Below, piece after piece: positions 12,803 to 25,014 of a DNA stretch of 64,000 nt. This DNA is from Eledone cirrhosa. Lineage: Eukaryota. Below the pieces are notes generated by a model. That model made no database searches and was not told the DNA's origin. It was given only the letters and a program-made list of their open reading frames with translations. Location: positions 186,744,001 through 186,808,000 of the forward strand of contig OZ024742.1 in the NCBI GenBank assembly GCA_964016885.1, read 5' to 3'. Every line of letters begins with the position of its first letter. Position 1 is the stretch's first letter. The translations under genes and the position numbers were made by a program.

Positions 12803-12920
12803 GGCACACCATAATTTAGCATGGCCTCAGCCGGATGGCTGAAACAGGTAAAAGAGAATATATATATATATATACCATGATATTAAATAAATGGAAACTA
12901 TATTTATAAAAGCATATTTA

Positions 12921-12981
12921 TTTTATTATGTGTATTTCAAGGGCAACCAAGACAACATTGATGCGCTTTCATCAGATAAAA
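12921..12981 (-). ncRNA. Minimal type-I hammerhead ribozyme
   Basis: Reverse complement of 13075-13135 (stem III TACACA). Confidence 0.75.
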
Positions 12982-13074
12982 TACAAAGTTTGTTTTATTC
13001 ACTATCCAGTGAATTTCCAACCGATAAGGTAGAATTTTCATGGGTACGTCTCTATTTATAAAACAAACTTTGTA

Positions 13075-13135
13075 TTTTATCTGATGAAAGCGCATCAATG
13101 TTGTCTTGGTTGCCCTTGAAATATACATAATAAAA
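13075..13135 (+). ncRNA. Minimal type-I hammerhead ribozyme
   Basis: Stem I TTTTAT/ATAAAA, CTGATGA 13081-13087, stem II AAGCGCATCAA/TTGGTTGCCCTT, GAAA 13118-13121, AUA cleavage triplet. Confidence 0.8.
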
Positions 13136-13263
13136 TAAATATGGTTTTATAAATATAGTTTCCATTTATTTAATATCATGGAATTAACTGTTGAGTACTC
13201 TAAATCAGTTATAAACAATTATGTTTGTCGGACTTCCAACAAATTAATTACAACTTCTACACA

Positions 13264-13312
<49 letters not shown>

Positions 13313-13583
13313 TGTTATACTTTGGGAGGGTCATATATATAAAACAAAGAGGGTGTGGTAAGATATAGCTATTGAAACGGCCGGAGCTCAGCTGTCGGAT
13401 TCCTGACTCTTTTCCTATATATATATATGTCCAGGGGGTGTAACTTGGAGTTAATACCGGTTCACCCGGGAGAGAACTCGATGTTTAGGTTCACTTCTGT
13501 GATGAGGTGTAGAGCTATACAGAGTGTAATATATTGAAAGGATAACAAGGACGATTGGTTACTCCTTCATTACATTTATTGGT

Positions 13584-13670
13584 AGGTGACGCGCGTTTCG
13601 CCACTGATCAGCTCAAGGTTCTATCTGTATCGATCCTACCCGACTCAATGATCGGCAGCTCGACGGACCC
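13584..13670 (-). ncRNA. Hammerhead-like motif with long stem II, degenerate core
   Basis: GGGT-CCGTCGA-GCTGCCGATCA...TGATCAGTGGC-GAAA-CGCGCG-TC-ACCT, followed by AATAAA. Confidence 0.65.
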
Positions 13671-14412
13671 CTTAAAATGCTATAAGAAAATGAAATACAT
13701 GCTATGTGGTAAAGACAGAAGTTCAAAAGTTTGACAATATGAGTTATTTTCATTGGTGGGAAGGATAAAAGGGATGTACTGGCCTGTAGTGTATTTGGGG
13801 GTGGATGTGATGATAAGATGTTGGTGACGGTCGCTTGCTACGATAGGCTGTAGTGTGGTGGTGGCGGATTGGCTTTGGCCTGTAGTGTATGTGGGGGTGG
13901 ATGTGATGATAAGATGGTGGTGACGGTCACTGACTGAGATGGGCTGTAACCGGTGTGGTGGCATGTTGGCGGTTGGTGGCATGCGGTGTGGATCTGGTAT
14001 GTGAGTTGTTGTGTTGTGTTGTATGTGTAGTTTCGTTCTGGGTTGTGGTGGTGGTTTGTTGTGGGGCAACCATGTGTTTTCGTATTTTTGTCCTATTAGT
14101 GTGTGCTATTGTGTGGCCTAGATTTGGTGCTGTGGAGAAAGAGAATTTTACAGTGTGTCTATTGAAGAGCTTGTGGTATTTATGTGTGCGTGTAAAAGAT
14201 TGTTCGAGAACCCTGAAGAAGGTTCCCGGTATATTGGTGGGGACGTGTATAGAATACCATGTTGTACCATGTGACAGGTCTACTTCGGGTTCTGCGGTGC
14301 TTAGTGAGGTTTTTGAGGTTGGGTGGTAGTTTGGGTACGTTTTGGTCAGGCGTATGTCTCATAGGGTTTCCAAGTAATCTATTGGCGTTATGTCTTTTGT
14401 CTCTATTGCGTA

Positions 14413-14889
14413 GCCACCACACCGGTTACACCCAACTGCAACTGCAAAAAACGGGCCGAATGCCCACTAAACGGGGAGTGCCTCGTTAAAAACATTGTTT
14501 ACCAGTGTGATGTCACAGCCGGCAATAAAGAGTACTCATATATAGGTGCGACATCCACTACGTTTAAGGAGCGCTGGTATAACCATAGAAACTCCTTTAA
14601 ACATAGGCTGAAACGATCCCAAACGAGACAGGCCGATTTGATCTGGGACCTCAAGGACAGGAACATCGAACCCCAGATCTCGTGGTCAGTGAAAAGACGC
14701 GTGGCACAACTCCCCAGTGACAGAAACCACTGCAGGTTATGCCTGGCTGAGGCGGCAGAAATAATTAAATTAAAATCTGCCATAAACTATAGGTCGGACA
14801 TAATTGTCAATTGCAGACACACCAGGCTGAACACATTTTCGGCACAAACATTCGGGGGAGGGCCGCACACTAACCATGACCCAACATAA
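14413..14889 (+). pseudogene. Open Naiad-type GIY-YIG endonuclease domain (no own start; separated from RT by inversion)
   Basis: NCNCKKRAECPLNGECLVKNIVYQCDVTAGNKEYSYIGATSTTFKERWYNHRNSF...WSVK...CRLCLAE...INYRSDIIVNCRH, uninterrupted frame to stop at 14889. Confidence 0.9.
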
Positions 14890-15757
14890 TATTAACCACC
14901 TCTGCCCCGTCTCACCATCGCCCATCTCAGTGAATTTATTTTATTGTATTGCATGTAACCATTTGTAAGCCCGCATTTTGTATATCATGCCGCATACATC
15001 ACCCCCACCAAAAATCACATCTCCATACACCTCTCATCCTTGCAATATTGTGTTCTATCTGTCCTCTCTGTCAGGTTTTACCTTGTAATCCATAGTAACA
15101 TCTGATCCTGTAAATATAATGTCGATCATATCACACCATCGCCACCACCATCACATCACACATCGTCATATGTCTACCATCCACACCCGCAACCTCATTC
15201 CACCATGTTCCCTCTGTCTACCCTAACCTACAACCCCACGCTAAATTCGACCCTGTAAATGTACTGTCGCACACACCACCACCGCCACCACTAGATACAT
15301 CCACATACTTCAACAATCATTAACATCATTAACATCATCAACACATATCATCCCTCACTCCCAGATCGACTGTGTTATATCTGCCCTCCATCTGCCTTAC
15401 CCTGTAACCCACCGTAACATCTGATCATGTAATCATTTTGTTGAACATATCACCCCAGCACCACCACCACCACCACCACCACCACCACCATGACCACAAC
15501 ACACATCGCTATACGTCCATAAACTTTTTTTCCCCCACGTCTCCTATGACACCTTTTAACCTGTAACCCATCGTAATATTCATCCTGTATATTTTTGTCG
15601 CTCACAACTCCACCACCACCACTACCACAAGACACAACTCCAGACCTCAACATCCATTAACTTCATCAACACCGCCAACATACCTTCCCTCTCGAAACAA
15701 CACAAGTGTGTGTGTCTGTGTGTAAGCATTTTTTTTATATATATGTGCGTATACATG

Positions 15758-15807
<50 letters not shown>

Positions 15808-16387
15808 TGTGTATATATGTATGTATGTATGTGTGTGTATGTGTATGTTTAGGTATACGTGTGTCTACGTGTATGTGTGCATATCCGTATGTGTGTATGT
15901 GTCTATGTATGTGAATGTCTATATGTACAACACCATCTCCATTGGCTCTCACCTCCCCTCTATCTTTGTTCTACGCCACCCCCACCGATACTCCCCCACT
16001 CTCTCTATATATATCCACACGCGCGCATGCACATACATGTGTGTATATATGCATATAGATATATGTATGTGTGGATCTATGTGGGCGCGTGTATGTGTGT
16101 GTATATGGGTGTGTACGTATGTATATATATATCAATATATATGCGCATGTATATATGTATACAACGTATTTGTCAGACTAAGAGTGTCTAGGTATGTATC
16201 TCCCCATGGACTCGACACCACCAACACATCCACCACACCACCACAAACGCCACTACCATAAACAAAACACCACAACCACTCCCCACACACGCCAACCCGT
16301 CTACTGACAACCCACTACCCCCACACCACAGCCCATCCCAGTCAGTGACTGTCACCACCATCTTATCTCTGTGTATATATATATGTA

Positions 16388-16441
<54 letters not shown>

Positions 16442-16568
16442 AAAGTTTTATTTAAAATTGTTGGGTTACAAGTAAATATTTTATAACCGATATAAAGCAC
16501 TCGACAAGGTTTTGGAGTAGATATACGATAGTAAACAAATGGAAACTATATTTATAAAACCATATTTA

Positions 16569-16630
16569 TTTCATTATGCATATTTCAGGGATACCATATT
16601 AAAAATATGGCATGCCTTCGTCAGATAAAA
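16569..16630 (-). ncRNA. Minimal type-I hammerhead ribozyme
   Basis: TTTTAT-CTGACGA-AGGCATGCCATAT...ATATGGTATCCCT-GAAA-TATGCA-TA-ATGAAA; perfect TATGCATA palindrome. Confidence 0.82.
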
Positions 16631-16766
16631 TACAATATATAAACTGTTTTATAAATAATTTTGACGTACCATAAATATAAGCCACCATTAAGCCAGCTTC
16701 CTACCTTAATGGTGGCTTATATTTATGGTACGTCAAAATTATTTATAAAACAGTTTATATATTGTA

Positions 16767-16828
16767 TTTTATCTGACGAAGGCATGCCATATTTTTAATA
16801 TGGTATCCCTGAAATATGTATAATGAAA
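16767..16828 (+). ncRNA. Minimal type-I hammerhead ribozyme
   Basis: CTGACGA 16773-16779, GAAA 16811-16814; mirror of 16569-16630. Confidence 0.8.
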
Positions 16829-16874
16829 TAAATATGGTTTTATAAATATAGTTTCCATTTGTTTACTACTTTAC

Positions 16875-16907
<33 letters not shown>

Positions 16908-16986
16908 ATGTATATATATAATTCATATACATATATATATATACTCATGTATATATACATATATATATATATACACATATATATAC

Positions 16987-17060
<74 letters not shown>

Positions 17061-17084
17061 ACATATATACATTCATATATATAC

Positions 17085-17475
17085 CTAACACTAAAAAGGA
17101 AGGTAAGGAAAAGAGACTGTTCTGATCTGCCTTCTGTTGAACATTATCTGGTTTGCCAGCACAGTGATCGAGTCTGCCTGAGTAAACCTTGTTTAACTAG
17201 ACACGAACAGTCATGTAAGTAGACCTCATGTAAATTATGATCTGAAAAGGTGTAAGGAATATGGCAAGGAATATGCTAGCATAGGATGTCCTAAAATACA
17301 CATGAGAACACACAGCTAGAACAAAGGAATGAAAAGTCCCGGAGGAGTCTACAGTTGTCATGTATGTGCCATAGGGTGCAATATTTGGCTGGTTTAAAGA
17401 GGCACATTCGTGCCTCACATTTTTGAGCATATTATCGGGCGATGGCAATTCTCGAACACGAGTTTGCAGCCATCA
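17085..17475 (+). mobile_element. RTE-like LINE 3' fragment with degenerate C2H2-like fingers
   Basis: KRKVRK...[21 protein letters not shown], then GKEYASIGCPKIHMRTH and CHVC...LAGLKRHIRASH; ends CTCG-AACA-CGAG-TTTGCAGCCA plus tail like 3796-3820. Confidence 0.65.
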
Positions 17476-17597
17476 TACATATATGTATATGTATATATAT
17501 AGAGAGAGAAAGGGAGCGAGAGAGAGTTAGAGATCCCTAGTAAATCTGGGGTAATATTTAAAAAAAGGTACACGATACATTGGTAGAGTGTTGACAC

Positions 17598-17737
17598 CAT
17601 AATTTAATATAGAAATGGCTTCTACAGGACTAGAAATATTTCATTCGTATGAAATCATCAGGAAAGCGCATTCCTGATGATTTCATACGAATGAAACAGT
17701 TCTAGTCCTGTAGAAGCCATTTCTATATTATATTATG
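17598..17737. mobile_element. Hammerhead-bearing palindrome (PLE family PB remnant)
   Basis: 67-bp arms with 6-nt loop AGCGCA; CTGATGA-TTTCATACGAAT-GAAA-CAGTTCTAG-TC on plus from 17674 and mirrored on minus; homologous to 40141-40289. Confidence 0.8.
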
Positions 17738-18134
17738 ATGTACACACGCACACACATATGTATATGTATGAGTGTAGTATACAGTATATATAAACACACG
17801 TTTAGAAACCCGAACACGTAGGGAGAAATGCAAGGTAAACAGACTAATATATGGAGTCATTTCCTAAGTAAAAGTGATTTATGGAAGGTATGATTCTGAA
17901 TAAAGAGGACGAAATTAGAAATGCTTTAATAGAATCTGTTCGGCCATTTTGCCTGTTTGAATTGCTAAATGGGAAGAGGATGATTAAAGTGAGCAAATGT
18001 CATTTCATGCAAACATTCACCAAAACGTTTATTGATTTCTCGCCTGAACGAGGTGTAAATGTAATCTTCACGTTACGTTTATTTTAACGTGTTTACCGAA
18101 AATCCTGTGAGTAGATAAAAGTTTTATAGCAACA

Positions 18135-18168
18135 CCATACACACACACGCATACACACACACATACAG

Positions 18169-18202
<34 letters not shown>

Positions 18203-18570
18203 GCATACGCACATACACACACATACACATACACACGCACGCATACACACACACACATATATACACACACATAAACACACACACAAACGCGCATACACAC
18301 ACACGCATACACACAAACACATACACAAACGCTCATATATACACAAACACACACGCACACAATGTACAACAAACACATACACGTACGTAATCACACATAC
18401 ACAAGCACACATACACACGCTCACATATAAACAAGCACGCAAACACACACGCTCCCATATACACAAGCACACACAAACACACGCACAACAAACACATACA
18501 CGCATGTAATCACACATACAGACACAAGCTCTTGCATATATACACACACAAACACATACACACACACAAC
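18135..18570. repeat. Degenerate (CA)n-rich tract
   Basis: Direct reading. Confidence 0.9.
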
Positions 18571-18780
18571 AAGTGCATTTAGCACGCTAACAAGCATCAC
18601 TTTGTTGCTATGCTTAATAAATTATGATGTTTCTCATTAGACATAGAACTGGTTAGACATATCAATGGCTGTCCTGTTCACTGATGTCTTCACACCCCTT
18701 CATGTTGTGTAAAGGGAAACATTCATCTGAACGACACATGTATGTATGTATATATGAACGTACGTATGTATGTATGTATG

Positions 18781-19215
18781 TTCTTCTGGTTTTTATAATT
18801 TCACAAATGTTTGCCAATAGAGAGAGAGTCGGTTTCTAACATAGATACAAGACTCTCTCATTGGGATTTACACAACATCAACTCGGTAGATTATGTCTGC
18901 ATGTCTGCATGCATGCATGTGTGGGTATGGATGTTATTGTATGTGTGGATGTGTATGTTTTGAGTTGTATATGTGCATGTGTATATGCTTAGTATCTGTA
19001 CAATGTACAGTGTACATGTGTATATGCAGTTATTAGATGCAAAATGTTTGGAATGTTTTACATATTTTTACTGTTCCATTAATGGATTGTACTTTTAATT
19101 TCCTAACTAGTTGTGTTCTTTCTGTTTCTGTTTGTGTGAAGCCCAGCTTCTCAAGATTTGTATTGAGGCAGTTACTAACATAGCCCAGTGCCCCAACAAT
19201 CAGAGGCCTAAATCT
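18781..19215 (-). mobile_element. 3'-terminal fragment of R4/Dong-like family A within (TATG)n
   Basis: Homologous to 20907-21311; TATG repeats on both sides (18738-18780, 19216-19345). Confidence 0.9.
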
Positions 19216-19401
19216 TGTATGTATGTATGTATGTATGTATGTATGTATGTATGTATGTATGTATGTATGTATGTATGTATGTATGTATGCATGTATGTAT
19301 GTATGTATGTATGTATGTATGTATGTATGTATGTATGTATGTATGTGTCTATGTATATATGTGTCTATGTATATATGTGTCTATGTATATATGTCTTTTA
19401 T

Positions 19402-20016
19402 GGTCAGGTCACCAGTTGGTGCTACTGGTAACATGTATCCCAGTACAACCTGTCTCATGGTCGGGTCGTTGGCGACTAAACTGGCAATCCCACCAAGGTT
19501 TCTTGGTGAGGAGGGTGACTTTGGACATCCTGCAGGACTAAAAACAAAACCTATCAAAGGTCAAAGGGCAAAGGAGCTCTTAAGAGTCAATGGCCATACA
19601 AAATCACCGGGAGAGATGACCCCTTAGCCTTTGTCAAGGCAGAATTGTAGGAGAAGGAAAACTCTGATATAACACCTGCAACCCTGATGGTATCCAATGA
19701 TGTTGACTTGTTATTCTTTTTGGTAAATATCATCTTGGTTAAAAGAGTGGGACTGGCTTTATGCAGTGCCTTTGCTCACTATAAAAGCTTCACGGTACAG
19801 GCATTGCTTTATATCTGGAGATCTTTCTGCACTTGTCGTTACATGGTACCATGGGCCCAGCACTATATGTCAATAATTGTCACAAGTGTAGTGTTTGTAC
19901 CAGAGTTGTCAAGTCGCTGGCTGGACTAAAAGTCACACTCTTTCAGCGAATCGGTGGGGGTTCTCCTACATGGATATAAAGTAGTGGCCGTACTCGAAAG
20001 CGAGTTGGCAGCCACC
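19402..20016 (+). mobile_element. RTE-derived non-autonomous element, copy 2
   Basis: Colinear with 3224-3820; (TATG)-like flanks. Confidence 0.75.
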
Positions 20017-20060
20017 ATGTATATATGTATGTACGTATGTACGTGTATATGTATATTATT

Positions 20061-20096
<36 letters not shown>

Positions 20097-20182
20097 ATTA
20101 TTGTTGTTATTATTATTATTGTTATTAATGTATATGTGTGTGTATATATATGTGTGTGTATGTATGTATATGTATGTATATG

Positions 20183-20216
<34 letters not shown>

Positions 20217-20396
20217 TATTTCTTTTTTTATTTTTATTTTATTTTTATTTATTTATTAATTTTTATTTTTATTTTTATTTTTTTTTTCTCCTCGTGCAAT
20301 GGCCATACTCGATAACGAGGGGGCAGCCATCATCATCATGTACGTACGTATGTATGTATGTATGTATGTATGTATGTATGTATGTATGTATGTATG

Positions 20397-20831
20397 TTAG
20401 GTGGGGTTGCAGGTTTAGTTGCTTGGTGAGGAGGGTGATATTTGGACACCCTGCGGGATGAAATACAAGACCCGGCAAAGGGCGGAGGAACTCAACAGAG
20501 TCATCGGCCATCCAAATAGTAGTTTTTTTTATTGTTCTTTTCACCTGGGAGTGAAATGCCCCCAGTTGTTGTCACAACACTTTTCTGGGAGAGGGAAACC
20601 AACGGCTTTCGGGAGCATCCGATGATGTTGACCAGTTCTCCCATTCGGATAGTGTTTTCGATGCTCAGAGAGTGGGATTGGTCGAGTGGAGGGCCTTTCC
20701 CCACTTAAAAAACCTTCAACGCACAGGCATTGCTTGTTCAGGATATGTTCGTGTGGCTGTAGTCTTAAAGTGCACCAAACTCTATAATCTGATAAGCGAT
20801 TGTAATACTCTTAGCAGAGTTTTCAGCCATC
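20397..20831 (+). mobile_element. Diverged relative of the RTE-derived element
   Basis: Shares CTTGGTGAGGAGGGTGA..TTTGGACA..CTGC..GGA..AAAGGGC block and the CAGCCATC end; (TATG)n on both sides. Confidence 0.65.
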
Positions 20832-20906
20832 ATGTATGTCTGTATGTCTGTATGTCTGTATGTCTGTATGTCTGTCTGTATGTATGTATGTATGTATGTA
20901 TGTATG

Positions 20907-23900
20907 TTCTTCTGGTTTTATAATTTCACAAAGTTTTACCAATAGAGAGAGAGTCGGTTTCTAACATAGACACAAGACTCTCTCATTGGAATTTACACAA
21001 CATCAACTAGGTAGATATATATGTATGCATGCATGTGTAGATATGGATGTTATTGTATATGTGGATGTGTATGTTTTGAGTTGTATGTGTTCATGTGTAT
21101 ATGCTTTGCATCTGTACATGTGTATATGCAGTTATTAGCTGCAACATTTTTGGAATGTTTTACATATTTTTACTGTTCCATTAATGGATTGTACTTGTAA
21201 TTTCTTAACTAGTTGTGTTCTTTCTGTTCCTGTGAAGCCTAGCTTCTGAAGATTTGTATTGAGGTAGTTACTGACATACCTCAGTGCCCCAATAATCACA
21301 GGCATAAATCTGAATGTGTAATCAGGGTGGAGCAACTGCAGATTTCTTATCAGTTCTGCATAAATATTCTCCTTTTTACTAATCTTTGATATTATATTGG
21401 CATCTGCTGGGCAGCTAATTTCCATTACTGTGCATGCTTTCTTCTTCCTGTCCCATATCATATCTGATCTGTTATGCCTGCATTTTATTGGGGTTTTTAC
21501 TGGAACATTCCACCAGTACTCTTTCATATTATGTACATGGATGTCTTCCACATTGCTGTAGCTTTATAATATTATTATGGTCGGGGCTATCTTTTTTACG
21601 AACTGCATTGTACAGTATTTTGGCCACAATATCATGCCTCATAGGTAGATAGTACCGCGATGACATCTTTGGACAGCTGCTGATGACATGGGTGATATCC
21701 TCGATGTTAGTTCTGCAGAGTCTGCACTTGTTATCACATCTAGGTGTTTTGTCTGCATCCCTATCTCTTTTGTGTATCAGGTATTTCGTGTTAATCTCCT
21801 GTTCTTGGATTGCAAAACGTATCCTTCAAAGTGGGAGCCAATATAGAGGTTGTTGGTCCAAGATAGACTACTTTCCTTATCTATATTACTCTCACTCTGA
21901 AGCTTCCTGGCAACATACCCATGCATGATTTTTTACTGATAAGTATGCAGTTTTTCATCCATGGATTCACTGCGATACTGCTGAGCGACTTCCGTGGGTG
22001 TGAATCTTTGATTATCACACAGGGATTATCTCTCGAGGAGTTCCTTCCCAACTCTCATGATCTCATCTGTTTCATGCAGATAGACTTGCTCGAGAAACGG
22101 GCTCCTACGCTTCGAGGTTCGTAGATGTTGTCAGAGAGATATGATGCGACATTCAAATGTTGTCTGGACTGATGTTAGGCCTCTGCCTCCTTGCTTACGT
22201 TTCAAGTAAAGGCGGTCTAGGTCACTGGTGATGTGGAAGTTTCCGGTATTTTTTTAGTATTTTTCGAGTTCCAACATCAACTGCTCAGATTTCGTCTATC
22301 GTCCAAGTGAGTATTCCAAACGTGTGTGTTAGGACAGGCGCAGCAAACACATTTTGAGCCACTGTTTTGTTTTGCGCAGAGAGTTCCGATGACCAGATCT
22401 TTCTTAATCGGGTGTAGTATTCCCTGGTTACGCGTTCTTTATTACAGATACCATTATAGGATATGTTCTCATCTATCCCCAGGTATCTGTAGCAGTCCTC
22501 ATCAGATATCGGTGAAACAGTTAGGCCATTGATGACAATGATGCTAGATTGGGTTGTTGTTTTTCCCTGCTTTACAGTCATGTATGAGCATTTATCTTGG
22601 ACAAACTCCATTCCTATATCCTTTGAGACCGTTGTAACAAGGTCAAGATTTTTCTTCATCCCATCCATGTTCTTGGCATAGAGTTTCTGATCGTCCGCAA
22701 AGAAATTATGCGTTAGGTTCGTATTTCTGTTCTCCTGTGAGCCAATGATGTATCCCTCACATTTCTTGAGCAGAAAGGACAAGGGGTTTAATGACAAGAT
22801 GAATAATATCACAGAGAGACTGCAACCCTGAAATATTTTATTTTATCAGTGAAAATAGAGTCCTCCCTCTCTGTCTTTAACTTTAGGATAGTAGCCCAAG
22901 AAGAAGACAGACACTCTATGGCCTGACAATAATGTCTGGGACTTTATCAAGTTGAAGGGCCTCTAACATCCAAGAGGGAGGAACAGAATCGAAAGCTTTT
23001 CTGTAGTCCAGCCAGACTGTAGCCATATTCCTCCTAAGTTGTCGCACCTCCGACATCGCAGTTATGTTGATTAGGAGTTGTTCAGCACATCCCCAAACCC
23101 CTTTCTTTCCAGCTGCTTGTTCATCTGTGATGATGTTATTATTTTCACAGTGATCTTGGAGGAATAAGTTCAGGCAGGCTGTATACATCTTATACATCAG
23201 GTTCTGACATGCAATAGGTCGGTAGTTTTTTTTGCCAAGTGGGTGTCTTTGTTCTTGGGGACCAGTAATGTTTGTGCTAATGTCAACCATTCTGGTATAA
23301 GTGTATCTCACTCAAGAACCTGTTGGTAGAGGTTAGTAATAGAATATCAGTTTTTTGTACCAGTAGCGACAATCATGTCTCTTCCTGGTGTTTTCTTATC
23401 TTGGAGTTTTCCTATCACAGTCGCAAGGGTACCCTCACTTATTTCGTATGTTTTTGTTGTAGTGTAGGAGCAATAGTTCTTTCGGATTTCTCTTAGCCAC
23501 ACTGCATCTTGGTTGAAATTCTTCTTTTCACCCCATATTTTGCTCCAAAAGCAATCTATGTCTTTCTGGGATGGGGCCTCAGTGACACTTATTATTTTGC
23601 TCTTCATATCTCTATAGACTGATGTTTGGTTTCGTCTGAATCTTTTATTAAGCACTTTTCTCTCATCTACCTTCCTCAGGTATCGGCGTTTTTTCTAACA
23701 GCTCTCCATTCTTGTTTGAGGGTGATCAGCTTATATTGGAGAGTTCTGGTTCTACTGTTACCAAACATCGTCTCTATTTTATTTTTCACTCTTTGTTGGT
23801 GAGGAGTAAAGTTTTTTTGTGTTTGTTTGCATGCATGTAAGGAGCATTGTCATATATCCTATGGTTTTTCGTAGATCAGCAATCTTTTTTTCTATTTTAG

Positions 23901-24989
23901 TTAATATGATGTTACTTTTGGTGGCGTTCTGTTCTTGTTAATATCTCTGCTATCACCAAGATAATGCTTCACTGTCGTTGCTAAGGCATATAAGCAGGGC
24001 TTGATTTGCCAAAATGTTGGGGTTTTTATCCGTCGTAAATATTCATCCCCTATTTCGTCAATAACACGTACTATTTCATTATTTGTTTTTTCTTAAACAT
24101 TGTCGTTTTAATACGTTCAGCAAGAGAGATATTTATACATGAATTAATTTCTTTCTGGAAGATTTCGTTGAGGAAAAATTTCAGTTGTTTATACTTTTGA
24201 TTATTATCATTATCGATAGTATTTTCCACAACAGTCGAGGTAGACTCGGATGGTACACGTGGTGTCATATTTCTTCAATTATTATTAATATCGATCGTGT
24301 TTTCCCCAGCATTCGATGTAGACTTAGATGGTACAGGTGGTGTCAAGTTTCTTACAGGCATAGTTGTTTCAAGGCGCTGTTCGACCTGGCTGCTAGGAAG
24401 ACTAGTAGCATGGCGACCTGTAGCACGTGTTGCTGATAACATGTTTGTTGTGGGGGACTTACAAATAATAATATTTATCTTATTTTTACGTTCAACAAAC
24501 GTCGCTTGTTGGCGTAATTGTTTCGCTGTGAAATAATTTAGCTCTGGGTGCATTTCGTCCCAGTGTAGCTTCATTCTGTTCATATAGCCAATGGAGGGAT
24601 TGTTTTTTTGTCATTTTATAACAATTAAATAAATCATTATTAAGTTCGCAACTCCAAGAGAAATGCGATTTATAATTTCTGTTTCTTCTGTAGCTACATC
24701 CGAATAAAGTTTATTTACCTTCCTTGTTATTTGTCTTCGGTACTTCCTTAATTTTGTTGTTGATGTTGTGTTCAGCCATGCTGTTTGTAGCAAATCCTTG
24801 TAAGATGAATTATGTATTTAGTCGGATATCTCTACGAATTCGAATAAAAGGTGTCTTCAGAAGATATAGTTAGAAGAATAACCAGTTATTCAAGATGACT
24901 GTAGTTGTGGTATTACTGTCGGAGATAGTATTCATCTTAAATTTAATAAATAGTCTCCCACGCCAAAATATGCGACTGATCCCGTTGAC
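20907..24989 (-). mobile_element. R4/Dong-clade RLE non-LTR retrotransposon, family A, near full length, ORF disrupted
   Basis: Fragments MNRMKLHWDEMHPEL, NYRPIACQN, WLDYRKAFDSVP, HNFFADDQKLY, HNRSDMIWD..EISCP; (CATA)n tail. Confidence 0.93.
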
Positions 24990-25014
24990 TGTATATGTAT
25001 GTATGTATGTATGT

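Larger units (their letters stand above)
12875..13265 (+). mobile_element. PLE 3'-end fold-back unit (PA) between two (TA)n tracts
   Basis: Inverted arms 12875-12998 and 13058-13181, 59-nt spacer; plus arm continues to the family 3' end. Confidence 0.85.
13428..16368. mobile_element. Rearranged Naiad-type Penelope-like element (minus arm 13428-14412, plus arm 14413-16368)
   Basis: Minus: RSRPVTWYN...TNIPGTFFRVLEQSFTRTHKYHKLFNRHTVKFSFSTAPNL (thumb/linker), then 3' UTR and hammerhead. Plus: GIY-YIG and C/A-rich UTR; 16329-16367 matches the reverse complement of ~13908-13947. Confidence 0.8.
16439..16868 (-). mobile_element. PLE 3'-end fold-back unit (PA) between (TA)n tracts
   Basis: Near-perfect arms 16529-16692 and 16705-16868, 12-nt spacer. 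Confidence 0.88.
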
